From Sphyrna mokarran (taxonomy: Eukaryota), in assembly GCA_024679065.1 (NCBI GenBank), contig JAGIQG010000004.1, positions 75,268,001-75,332,000 on the forward strand: a stretch of DNA of 64,000 bases. Direction: 5' to 3'. Each line of letters opens with the position of its first letter. Position 1 is the first letter of the stretch. This document shows positions 13,750 through 25,291 of the stretch, piece by piece. The notes beneath the pieces are model-generated. The model did not search any database and had not been told where the DNA came from. It saw only the letters and a program-made list of their open reading frames with translations. The translations under genes were made by a program, and so were the position numbers.

Positions 13750-13896
13750 ACCTTGCTAGTAATCAGAGTGCTGATGGACTGTTGGAAGACTGTGACTTAT
13801 TTGGACCTGCCAGAGATGATGTTTTGGCCATGGCAGTTAAGATGGCTAATGTCCTGGATGAACCAGGACAGGATTTGGAAGCTGACTTCCCCAAAA
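13750..13896 (+). CDS. ZMYM3: ZMYM3 exon
   Basis: ttaaacag| and |gtaagt. Encodes (D)LASNQSADGLLEDCDLFGPARDDVLAMAVKMANVLDEPGQDLEADFPK. Phase 1 to 1. Confidence 0.96.
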
Positions 13897-14594
13897 GTAA
13901 GTATAATTGGCTTTTGGTGCATTCCTGCTACTTTGAAGTTGTATTAGCAATGATGTTGAGAATTATAGTACATTACAATTCCCACCAATAATTGAAAATA
14001 TTGCTAATTTGACATTAAAAATGAAGCAGAAAAAGAGTCCAGAGGAAAAAAATATACAATTTGCTCCCTTTTTATGTATTATAAAATAACATTTGACAGA
14101 GATTCACTGACTTATACATCTAAGTACAGTTATGAAGTGTTGCATTTATTCTCTATTGTATACATAATGGAAGAAACAAAGTTGAACTATGATCTGATTC
14201 CTGCCTTCTATATAAAGGAACACCACATTCATCCAACAGAAATTGTTCTCTTGACTGTTCTCATTGGTTATGACTTGGACTCTTGAGGTAGATGAGAAGG
14301 GACAAAGTTAAACGATGAAAGCTATCATGAGTGCAGATTCAACAATCAACTGGCACTTGGCTATTGCAAGAATGTGGCAGTCAATTCACTCAGAAATTGT
14401 TTTTCATGGAAGTGACCTGATCAAATGGTTTCTACTATAGTATTTCTTGCAATCTAAAGATTTGTTTTCTCATTAGGAAACCCAAAAAGCAGATAATTTT
14501 CATAACTTGCCAAAATTTTGCTGTAATAACTTGATTTGAGAAATTTTAGTTTGTTTGGCATATGTTTTAAAATTACACTTATTTTATTTTGTAG

Positions 14595-14698
14595 CCCCAT
14601 TGGAGATTAATTCAGGTGTTGACTTCCTCTTTGACTGTGGGCTTGTGACAACAGATGAAGAACAGCCAGAATCTGAAATCCCTCGAGCTGTCAGAAGG
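14595..14698 (+). CDS. ZMYM3: ZMYM3 exon
   Basis: ttttgtag| and agg|gtacga. Encodes (T)PLEINSGVDFLFDCGLVTTDEEQPESEIPRAVRR. Phase 1 to 0. Confidence 0.94.
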
Positions 14699-14769
14699 GT
14701 ACGATTCCTATTTATTGAGGCCTGTATTCAATGGAATTGAGAAGAATGAAAGAGGATCTCGTTGTAATG

Positions 14770-15093
14770 TATAATATTCTGAAAGGGCTGGACAGATTTG
14801 ATAGAGGAATGACGTTTCATGTTACTGGAGGGTCTAGTAAAAAGAATCTCAGTTCAGTGTTAGGGATAAGCCAATAAGGACTGAGATGAGGAGAAACTTC
14901 TTCATTCAGAGCGCGTTAAACATGTGGAATTCTCTACCATAGTAGGCTATGGTGGTAAAGTCGGTAAATATATTTAAAAAAGTAACAGACTTCGAGCGTG
15001 GGAATATGGTACTGAGATAGAGAATCACTCATGATTATATTGCATGGCCCAAAGGGCTTAATGTCGACCTCCTGCCCCTAATTTGTATGTTTC
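14770..15093 (+). mobile_element. CR1 LINE 3' fragment
   Basis: KGLDR, ggactgagatgaggagaaacttcttc and tggaattctctacc blocks, followed by a CR1-type tail. Confidence 0.75.
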
Positions 15094-15706
15094 AACAAAG
15101 CCAATTAACTGCTATAATAGTGAGCAGGTTCAAAGACACTCTTGCCATTGGTATCCACATGGGTTTATTGAAAACAAAACTACCATCAGAATTTGTTTAA
15201 TGTATGCCAGTGTAGGATTCAAAACAATAATTGGGAATGTTTGATCTCATCTGAGAGTTAGCTGTTTTGTGCATTGGTAATGTGAGTATAAGTATGAGTT
15301 GGGAAAGAGAAATTGCGTGAAAGTGGTGGCTTTTGACTTTTTAAACATTGTCCGAAGTGAATGTACATAATCAAATTGTGAAAACAATTAAATTTGACCT
15401 GGATTTCCTTCATTGAAAAAAAAAATAGATCAGTGTTACTCTCGTGAGAAGCAAAGGAAGTACTTGGATGAAGTACTGAATGGGGCAGAAAGTAGCAAAA
15501 TTGTGATTTTGTAACAGTTTGTTAAATTAAAAGAAACAATGGCTGTAATTTAAAAATAAAGGGAAGCCTTGATACTGTAAATTAGGGGAGTGAAGAATGG
15601 GACAATCACAAGAGATTTTCAGAAGTATGTTGCAAAATCTCTCCATTTTGCCATGAAGAGAAGTTGAATTTTGGTGTTGACTTTATTTTTATTTTATACC
15701 TTGCAG

Positions 15707-15875
15707 GGTCAGAAGCGGCTAATGCTTTCAGAAAGTTGTTCGCGTGATTCTCTAGCTAGCCAGCAGTGCTGTACTGGATTAAATTACTCGTATGGAGTCA
15801 ATGCCTGGAAGTCCTGGCTCCAGGCTAAATATGCTAGTGGCGATACCAATAAAAGTGAAGAGCTCAGATTTGGAC
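15707..15875 (+). CDS. ZMYM3: ZMYM3 exon (start of Crypton-derived region)
   Basis: ccttgcag| and |gtaagt. Encodes GQKRLMLSESCSRDS...LNYSYGVNAWKSW...ELRFG. Phase 0 to 1. Confidence 0.96.
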
Positions 15876-17278
15876 GTAAGTATAGGCTTTTGTTTACTCT
15901 TTATCTAATAGATCAAGGAAGAAAACCATTATCTGCCATTTCCATACTGCTTATAAGCAATCCTGGACTAACTAGCACTTAGTTGTTTTAAAATTGCTTG
16001 AGCTGTTCCAGAGTGAAAGTTTGCACTGTGATAGACAATTTCCCTGTTGTGATGTTAGTTGCCATTGAATTGGAAATCTCAATCAGAGTGCCACAGGACA
16101 GCTCATATGGTAAATGGAATAATGCCATCAGTACAGTGGGAAATAAGTTCCTGACATTGGGATATTCATTTTTACAGTTAACCTGGAAGGAATTGCTGAT
16201 TCTTGGTGCTGAAAATGAATCATCATCTGTTACCTTGACAAAAGTTGGAAAAAAATCAACAGTCTTAGAAATATATATTTTTCATTGCTTGAGGAAAATT
16301 TTCAATTAAACTGTTGAGTTTTACACTAAAATGGAATAGATGTTATTGGTATGTAATCACGATGTGAAAGCGCTTTCACAACATGAACTGTTGTGAAATA
16401 TGTAATATTTTGTGAAATTTTTTATCATTTCCCTTCCTGCTACTTTTTTTGTGGTAGTATTGAGCATTTTTTAGTGATGCTCCTGTTTCCAGGATATTGA
16501 CTGGTGGTGATGTCCAAATCAAGAGTGTGTCTTGTTTTTTTTTTCAGTGATGGAGGTTGTAATAGATGTAGTCAAACTAAAGTTGATGAATTGTTGCACC
16601 TCAGCAGACAGTATATGTTCCATCACACACCTTCCTCGAGTCACCTAGTAGATGATGAAGGAAACAGGAGTTGAAGCACTGCAGAATACCCAGAATGTCA
16701 TTTTCAAATGGCTGGCTGTTTAAAAATTTGAATCCATTGTGTCTATTTTTTTCTTTACTCCATAGTGTTAGTCGCTTCTTTAAGCCACATAATATCCCAA
16801 TGAGGGATAAAGTTAAAAGTAGGTGAGTTTTGGAAAGAATTATAAACTATTTTGTTTGACAGCAGAGAAAACCTACAGAGCAAAGACATTTCAGAGTTCC
16901 TTGATGTAGCAGGATGAGATTTGGCTGAAATGCTCCATGCCAGGTACTTGGCACTGGAGCATCTGTGGAGAGCCATTTGGATTATTCTGATCCAAAAGAA
17001 AAACTCCAGTTTCTTGGGTATTTGGGGGAATGTTCACTGATGTTTTGGATTGGGGAAGGAATGGAGGGCTTTTGCAGTTTAAATTCTGCAAATCTATATA
17101 TTTTTCTGTGAAACCCATATATCTGTCATACCTTTGAATCTTAGCTCAGCAAGGATTTGAAACCTTCCTTCGTAGGGAGAGGGGAAAATTGCAGGGCAAA
17201 CACATTGTTTTATTACCTTAACCTTGTGGAAATTGTTTGCTCCATTTAATATAAAAATATTTTGTTCTGTCCCATCAG

Positions 17279-17430
17279 CTAAACCAATGAGGATCAAAGA
17301 GGATATTTTGTCTTGTTCTGCTGCAGAACTAAACTACGGGCTGGCCCAATTTGTTAAAGAAGTACAGAGGCCCAATGGGGAACGCTATGAGCCAGATAGT
17401 GTTTACTATTTGTGTCTCGGAATTCAACAG
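17279..17430 (+). CDS. ZMYM3: ZMYM3 exon
   Basis: cccatcag| and cag|gtttgt. Encodes (P)KPMRIKEDILSCSAAELNYGLAQFVKEVQRPNGERYEPDSVYYLCLGIQQ. Phase 1 to 0. Confidence 0.96.
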
Positions 17431-17699
17431 GTTTGTTTGCGAATTCAGATTTGTATGAGCAGAATTAGCATCTGCCAACTTTTTGCCTGTGCTCCCTTGT
17501 ACAGGGAATTGCTGATCATGGGTGGGGTTAGGAAAGGCTGTAAAAGGGCTTCAGATTAACCGTCCACTATGAAGGAGTGAGTTATGAAGGAACTAAGGGA
17601 CCTTGAAGTACATATTTACTGATCTCTGAAGGTAGAAAGCTAGGGGGGATAAAGTGATTGGACCCATTCATTTATTGGCCTAAGCATAGCATGCAACAC

Positions 17700-18812
17700 C
17701 GTAAGAAATGGGGATAGGAATAAGCCATTCAGCCGTTTAATAGGGATTGTTTAATAGGGATTGTTTAATAGGGATTGTTTAATAGGGATTGTTTAATAGG
17801 GATTGTTTAATAGGGATTGTTTAATAGGGATTGTTTAATAGGGATTGTTTAATAGGGATCATGGCTGATCTAACATTAAGTCCACTTTCTTGTCATATCT
17901 CTGTAAACCTCTGATTCCCCGATTGCCTAAAAACCTAGGATCTCAGCCTTGAAAATGTTCAAGACTTCTGCCTCCATAGCTTCCTGGATTAAAGAATTTC
18001 AAAGATTCATTTTTTTTTGAAAGAAGAAACTCTTCCTCAAATCCATCTGAAATGAGCACCCCCATTTTCTGCAACCATATCCTCTAGTTGTACACTGTCC
18101 TACGAGTGGAAACATCCTCCCAACATTTACCCTGTCTAACCCCCTAAGAATCTTTTATGTTTGAATCATATCACCTCTCACTTTTCTGAGCTCCAAGGAA
18201 TGCAGACTCAACCTGTTTAATGTTCTTATATGGTATGCCATACCCAGGAACATCCTAGTAAACTCCTCTGCACTACCTCCAATTATAGTACATCTCTCCT
18301 TAAATAAGGGGTACGTGGTGTTCTGAATGGCCGCACTAGTAATTTATTCAGTTGTAAACAACACTGCTTTATTTTTTTCACTTGAATAAGCCCTCTTGAA
18401 ATAGAAGTCAGCATTCCATTTGCTTTCTCTATTACATACTGCACTTCTGCGTTTCATGAATTAAGAAACCTGTTTATGCTAGAGCTTTTTGTAGCCTTTC
18501 CATTTAAATAATAATCTGTCTTCTCATTCCTCTCTCCAGAACGAACAATCTCACATTTTCCCACATTGAATTCCACTTGCCGGTCTTTGCCACTCAACCT
18601 GTTGATATCTGTCGACTAATTGTTTCTACTTTTCTTACAGCCTGCCTTCCTTTCCACTTTTATCATTTGCAAATTTGGCCAAAGTACATTCTGTTCCTTC
18701 CTCTAAATCATCAATATATCTTGTGAATAGTTGCAATCCCAGAACTGTTCCCTGTGGTACTCCACTGGTTTCGGTCCTCCAGCTTGTGAAAGACCCTATA
18801 TTGCTATTTGCA
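17700..18812 (-). mobile_element. 5'-truncated, degraded CR1 LINE
   Basis: Minus-strand [35 protein letters not shown] (RT motifs). 3' tail near 17700-17880 (agccattcagcc...atcatggctgatc). Confidence 0.88.
17735..17859. repeat. Perfect minisatellite (GTTTAATAGGGATT), 8 full units plus 13 nt
   Basis: Counted directly: units start at 17735 and every 14 nt to 17847, with no mismatches. Confidence 0.97.
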
Positions 18813-19809
18813 TGCCGTTCTGCGCACACGGCAAATGCAGGTGCAGAATCCTCCCTTTTGTTTTGCTTTCTCCATTCTGCATTTATAGTGCTCCTCCACG
18901 AGAGGGGGCAGTGGCCTGTTTGCTGATACAAGCATAATCAAATATAATAAATGATGAACCTTCATAGGTCTTATAACTTGAGCAGTTTTCATTGAACCAA
19001 AAATGAGGTTAATTTCATTTGAACCTTAAATTGCAAGGAGATCTATATATTTCTTGTTTAAGTGATTCATTTAAAAAAAGTGTTTACACTAATGTACATT
19101 TTTCCCACCAGAACATGAATAGGTATTGTTCCAACACTCTTTCACTGCAAGAGCATCTATTAACTGTTTCTCCAGTACTTGAGCAGTTTTGAAATTTGGA
19201 CTTGTGATGAGCACAATACAAAATGAAATCTGTTTGCTAGCAGTTTTTTGCCTCCCAGATGGCAATGACTTCTCATTACAGTCCAGTTCCACTATGACAC
19301 AAAGGATCTTTGTCATGGGAAGTGGAAAATCATGAGGTGCGTGTACTCAGAATCTGATAGGGCTAAACTGAAATAGAAACTAAATTTTCAATCTCACTTG
19401 GAGACTATAGGAGTACTGAAATGAGACATAGACATTTAATGCACTGTCATGTAGCCTGAGGTGCTCTTGTGAGGCTTGAGCATGTTGTCTGGGTGTCTTG
19501 AACTTTGGAATTAAGCTTTAGTAACATGTCGGTGAAGAGATGGGAGAAGCTTTGCCGGAACAACCTTAACAAAAAATGAATGGGGTATAAAAAGTTCATT
19601 TTGAAATTTAAAACAACAAAAGTTGTAAACTTCAATTGCACCTTTTCTCATTGCCCTCCAATTTTATATTCAGCCCTCTTATTACCATTGATTTGTCTCC
19701 TTCCATTGCTTTTTTTTAATTACCAATTTTTCACTTGCATGATAAAAAGCTGGTTAGATTACTGTGTCTAACTCTTGGCATCACACTTTTGAAATGGTTG
19801 CCTAGGTGT

Positions 19810-20130
19810 CTGAAAAGATGCAAAGGAGATTATCATGATTATCATAATTAGATCAGGGGTGAGGGCCTTCAACTTCTGGAACTTGGAGAAAATGGAATTG
19901 TTCTCCTTGGAGCAGTCAGATGGAAAAAAATTTTAATCACGTCGTTCAAAATTAGGTAATTTTTAATGAGTGGATAGGGAGAAAGATATTTTACTGGTAT
20001 AGGTTATTAAGCAGAGACAATAACATTAAGATAATATCCACAGGGGAAATGAGGGCTGCTTTTTTATTGCATCAAGTTACAACCTGGAATGTACTGCTTG
20101 AAGGTGTGATAGAAAAACAAATTTCTGAAT
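19810..20130 (+). mobile_element. Heavily degraded CR1 3' fragment
   Basis: ttggagaaaatggaattgttctccttggagcag (LEKxxLFSLE-like) and ctggaatgtactgcttgaagg blocks. Confidence 0.55.
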
Positions 20131-22448
20131 TGAAATCATGTCCTTAATCATCAGCTTGCACACTATTGCCACTGACGCATCTAGACTAAATATTCTGGTT
20201 CTCAAGTGCCCCTAAGAAAACAAGTATGCAAACGTCCTCTATTCTAATATATACGATGCACACCCTCCCCCTCAGATCCTTTCCCAGCAGCAACAATCAG
20301 GCTGTTTATCAAATTCCAATCTGAAAGTAAAATTCAATCTGAGTAATATTCATGGATTAACATTTGAAGTTTATAACATTGCGAAATAATGCTCATATTC
20401 CTTGTATTCTTTTGAATTTGCTGGGACTTTGCTCCAAAAATGGAGGGCAGTGAAGCAACTGAGTGATTTCAAAACTGGCAGACCACTGTTCTTTTAAGAC
20501 TCAGTGACTTGACTTAAAGACTTGACAGGTAGGTGAACTATTAGGACACGTGAGTCAGGGTAAACACATGTCCAAGTATAGACTACAAGCATTCTGTTAG
20601 ATAAAATTCCTTATCCAAGCAGATTCAATAAACAAATCCTGATTCAAACACAGTGCACTTTGATGTACTCAATACAGTTTTTCAGTGCTAGATGTTCTTT
20701 TGGTGGGGGAGGGAGGAAGGTCCAAGTGCAGAGGTTAAAGGCCGAACGCCGCCGCCTCCACCCCTGCCCCCCTCCACTACCACCACCACCACCACTTTCT
20801 CAGCTAAAGTGATGACTACGAATGTCCCAAATTTATAAAGTTATGCTAAGTGCAGATTGCTAAATTTACAGTATGACAAGAATATTAATACAAATACTAG
20901 GATATTAATATAAAGTGGTCATGCATTGTGCATTTGAGTCTGGGATGTGAACTGTTGCCAGATGTCTTGATCTTTGATCGATCCCTGCTTTGTGCACAAA
21001 TAAGCTATTGTCCAAGTTTGAGCTTTAAAAGTTTCAGTAGTAGAAAAAGGACTAAGGTAGGGATGCAAACAGTGTGCTCAGTCTCTAGCAGGAGGAGTGT
21101 GCAATACTGCCAACTGCTCTTAGTTGCATTCCAAATACACGTTACCCATTTTGCAGCACTGCACTGGCAGTCCAGAAAACTGTCTCCTAAGCACTTAACC
21201 TTGAATGGGAAGATGTGAGAGCTAGGAAGAAGATGAAGAAGACTTGATGCTTTAATGAGAGCAAATGCTGAAAATACAGTGACTCTTATGTACATAACTG
21301 GCTCAGTAGGTGTAGAAAGTAAGAATGCATTTACTGGAGTACAACAGTCTGACTCCCCAGGATGTGTGGACAGCCCTTTCCGTATTTTAGATGCCTGGGA
21401 ATCTGTAGTTTGCTTCTCCTGTATTTGCATTTTTTAATCATCTCGATCAGAAACCAGGCAAAGCGTGTCATTGCATTTCCTCTGGCTTGAAAACTGCTCA
21501 GTGCTATTAAAATATGCAAAACACATGACTGCATCTGTCTTCAGACCATCTTTCTTGTGGGAAGCAGTTTCTGATTCTCACCAGAAGGAAATGTCGCCAG
21601 CTCTCGGGTCAGATTTGGTCAAGCGTTGCAGTAGAAATGATTTCCTCCTTAATGCAGCTGTTATTTTGGAATTGGAAGCAATTTTATTCAGAAAAGTGGT
21701 GGAGGAGTGAAGAGAAGCAATCCAGTTTTAAACAGGCTACTTGAGTTTGTAGATAAAATTTGACAAGCATATCAAATTAAAACATCGATACTACTTTAAT
21801 TTTTGAAGATACTTAATTTCCCTTTAAAAGCATCCTCAGCCTATAATCAGTAAAAAAAAAAATGCCTCTTGCTAGTTTTTTATGGATGCAGATGTGCACA
21901 CTGTTTGTTCGTTATTACTTGTAAAATCTAAAAGTGCTTGGGGGGGTGATGCTTTAACAAGCTACAAGCAAGATCTTCCCAGTAATTTAGTGATTGTAAC
22001 AGTGTTCAGCCTAAAGCTCTGAGCTCAGAACTCAGTCCTATTTGCTTTTATATTTTTTAATTTTTAAATTTTGCAGGCCTGGGGTTGTGGAAAGGGTAGC
22101 TGCTCACTCGATGACTCATCCTTAAATTTAAATCTTAATAATAGCAACCAAAGATATATATACAGATGATACTTGGGTTTGAACTCAAAGTTGTTAAAGA
22201 TTGGTATGTGCCCACAGAGAAAACCTTGGATACTTTTTTGTTGGGTTTTATTGTATTGCCAGGTATATAATTGTAATTTTACTCTGATTAGTTATTTGGG
22301 AAGATCGAAGCCATTGTCTTTGTCCCCATCGCAAACACTGTACTTTCACTGCTACCTTCAACCCTGCTTCACAGGTGAAAGTAGACTTTTCGTGGTCTTG
22401 GTATTTTACAATGATTTGTTGGGAAGGAGAGGAAAAAAGAGATAATGA

Positions 22449-22800
22449 TGGTGCAGTGTTCTTGTCAACGGACTAGTAATCCAGAGGCTCAGGTTGATGC
22501 TCTGGAAACGTGGGTTCAAATCCCACAGGGGCAGCTGGTGGAATTTAAATTCTGTCGGAATTTCAATTTTAATCTGGAGTTAAAGCTCATTTTAATAACG
22601 GTGACCAAGTAATTATAATTGATTTTCATAAAAAACCCATCTGGTTCACTAATGGTCTTTAGGGACGAAATTTGCCACAATTGTGTAGATTGCCCTATCG
22701 ATATATATTTTCCATTTGGACTCCAAACTGTCTCTGAGCTACCCTCTGAAAAACAATAAATACTGACCTTGCCAGTAACACCCACATCACATGAAAGAAC
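22449..22800 (+). mobile_element. tRNA-derived SINE (second shark family)
   Basis: A-box-like tggtgcagtg and B-box gggttcaaatccc. Body aaaacccatctggttcactaat...agggacgaaat, tail cccacatcacatgaaagaa. Homologous copy at 55915-56280. Confidence 0.8.
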
Positions 22801-23672
22801 AAATTAAGTGTTAGCCTGTCTGGAGAGTCATCAGTGGTAGATCTAGAGTGTTCAGCTATTCCTGTTAGATTATGGATATGACCAGGCAAGAATAACTTTT
22901 GAACTCCAATTTTTGAAGATAACTATTTTGAAGTTAATCTTATAGGTCATGCTTGTCTCACCTTTTTCCCATCGTGTTGCTTCCTCCTCCATAATTAGCT
23001 GTACAACCAAAGCAAAGAAATCATAAAATGAAGAGTTTGAAATGAAAGATATATGCAGCCTGCAATATTATTTTCATACACTGACACAAGTCAGCTGTCT
23101 TACTGTTTTTGTGATTCGTAGTTTGTTGGATGAATACTTTAAAAGAAAAGTATTGTGGAGCTATAGTAACAGAATGGGAGAATAGGACATCTTTAGCTCT
23201 TGAAGAACTGGCACTGACATGATGTGCTGAATAGCCACCTCCTGCACTCTTGAAAGTGGAGGCATAATATAACACATGTTCTCTGGGACCTAGAGACAGA
23301 TATCTATTTCCCTTGCCACTAACTTGAGCACAATTGCAGGCTTATTATTTGATGCTTTCTCCACAACCGTGTGGCATCAGATTCTCTGCCACATGGAAGA
23401 ATTAAAAGTGCAATGCCTCATAATCCTCATCTTCCTAACAAAACTAGATAATCACTAACGAATGTACAATAAAGGGAATGTTTCAGAACAAAATGAACTG
23501 TCCAACAAAATGGAAGTAAATACGGGAAGTGTGGGTTAAATAAATTTAATTACATTTAATTAGCACCCTCAAGCAAAAATTAGTTTCAAAATATGTATTT
23601 TTTTAAGTGTTGGTAATAAGCTGGTATTTACTTCATCTCACAGTTTGCTGTTTCTGATCTGCTTTATTATAG

Positions 23673-23787
23673 TTTTTACTTGAAAACAACCGAATGGTCA
23701 ACATATTCACTGATCTTTATTATCTGACCTTTGTCCAAGAGTTGAATAAAATGTTACAAGGCTGGCAACCAAGTTTGCTTCCAAATG
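23673..23787 (+). CDS. ZMYM3: ZMYM3 exon
   Basis: ttattatag| and |gtaagt. Encodes FLLENNRMVNIFTDLYYLTFVQELNKMLQGWQPSLLPN. Phase 0 to 1. Confidence 0.96.
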
Positions 23788-23989
23788 GTAAGTTCTTGAG
23801 ATTTCCTACCATTTTTAAACATCTCAAGTTCATCCATTTGTATGGTATCCATGTTGATGGCAAAATACAAATTACTGGTGATTGTCCGCAGTAATTGAAA
23901 GTCTGGGAGAAAATGGAAATACATCATTCCTGATGAACCTGAGCCAAAATATTAACCTTTCTTGTTCGAGCACAGACTTTTTTATATTA

Positions 23990-24200
23990 AAAAAGGCAGC
24001 AGGAGTAGATGGCCCTTTTGGCTTTTTGAACTTGCACTGCCATTCAATAATATCATGGCTGATCTGACCATATCTTAATGCCACTTTCTCTGCCTGCCAT
24101 ATGTAGCCCTTGACTTACTTTTTAAATCAAAAATCTAACTGAGCCTTGAATCGATTCAGCCTACACTGCTCTAAGTGTTGAGAACTTCAGAGATTAATCT
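23990..24200 (-). mobile_element. CR1 LINE 3' tail fragment
   Basis: gcaggagtag...gccattcaataatatcatggctgatctg, as in the other minus-strand CR1 tails here. Confidence 0.65.
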
Positions 24201-24964
24201 TGAATATTCACTGACTTGCTGTGTTTATTTTTGTTTGATTTCTAGTATCTGATACTTTTTCCTAAACTAGCATAGGAATACTAATGTTCAGATATACTGT
24301 CATAGACCTGTTTTCTCTCTCTACAGATGCTGCCAAACTTTTAAGTACTTACAACATTTTGTGTTTTTATTTCATATATGAACAGTGTTCTGTTCTCTGT
24401 CCATGGACATTTGTTATTAGCGTTGATGTGGTTTTCATCCTATTTCCTTTTTGAGTTGGATTATTTAAATACAGACTTTATTTCTTCATTTTACCCAATG
24501 GAAGACTGATTAGTCCATGGTGTGATGACTTTTGTCATAATACAGTCTGTCACTTCTGTATTTGAATCCTCCCTCATCCTCTTCACAGCATAGACTGTAG
24601 TGAGCATAGTAATTGCCTCATTTCCTATTTTTGTTTATAAATCCCTTACAGATTATGGTCCCGCAGTTATTTGTTCAAATGATTGCACTTATTTGTAAGC
24701 AATTCTTCGCATCCTTCTTGACCATGGATTCACTCCAACTGAACCAGATCTTTTTCCTCACCCAGTGTCTATGCACATTGATGAGTTAGATCCCTGGTTG
24801 ATTTATCTCCACCATCTGTATGCTATAGGATGTGGAAGGCATTTTACCTTTTGTACTTTGAATATTTTCAAATAAAATGGTGGTGCAAATTAAAAAGCAT
24901 TATAAAATATACGTGAAGATTTGATGAGCATCATCGTTAACATTGTGTCATTGTTTCCTCTTAG

Positions 24965-25225
24965 GTTTAATATTCTCCCGGGTAGAGGAAGAGCATCTCT
25001 GGGAATGTAAACAACTTGGAGTATATTCGCCCTTTGTTCTACTGAACACACTCATGTTCTTTAACACAAAGTATTTTGGACTGAAGTGTGTAGAAGAGCA
25101 CATGCGACTGTCCTTCATTAATGTTGTTCGACAGTCCAGGAAGTGTACAACACCCAGAGGAACCACGAAGGTTGTTAGCATCCGCTATTACATGCCTGCT
25201 AATTACAAAAAGGGAAGGGATCAAA
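24965..25225 (+). CDS. ZMYM3: ZMYM3 exon, DUF3504 domain
   Basis: cctcttag| and |gtaagt. Encodes (G)LIFSRVEEEHLWECKQLGVYSPFVLLNTLMFFNTKYFGL...VVSIRYYMPANYKKGRDQ. Phase 1 to 1. Confidence 0.97.
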
Positions 25226-25291
25226 GTAAGTATTATTTAGCAAGAATTATGTGTCTGGCAGGGTAAATGAAAAGAAACTACAGAAAATTTT

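Noticed and set aside
17735-17859. CRISPR array or interstitial telomere
   Set aside because: There are no spacers, since the units are contiguous and identical. The unit is 14 bp and contains ATAGGG, not TTAGGG.
20745-20800. Poly-proline-like stretch as an extra exon
   Set aside because: It is low-complexity (CCA/CCG) sequence without convincing splice sites. The flanking exons already join with no gap (GIQQ|FLLENNR).
21005-21270. Cytokine-receptor-like (IL2RG-type) exon suggested by CQCSAAKWVTCIWN
   Set aside because: Only a superficial Cys/Trp pattern. No supporting exons, WSXWS motif or splice structure.
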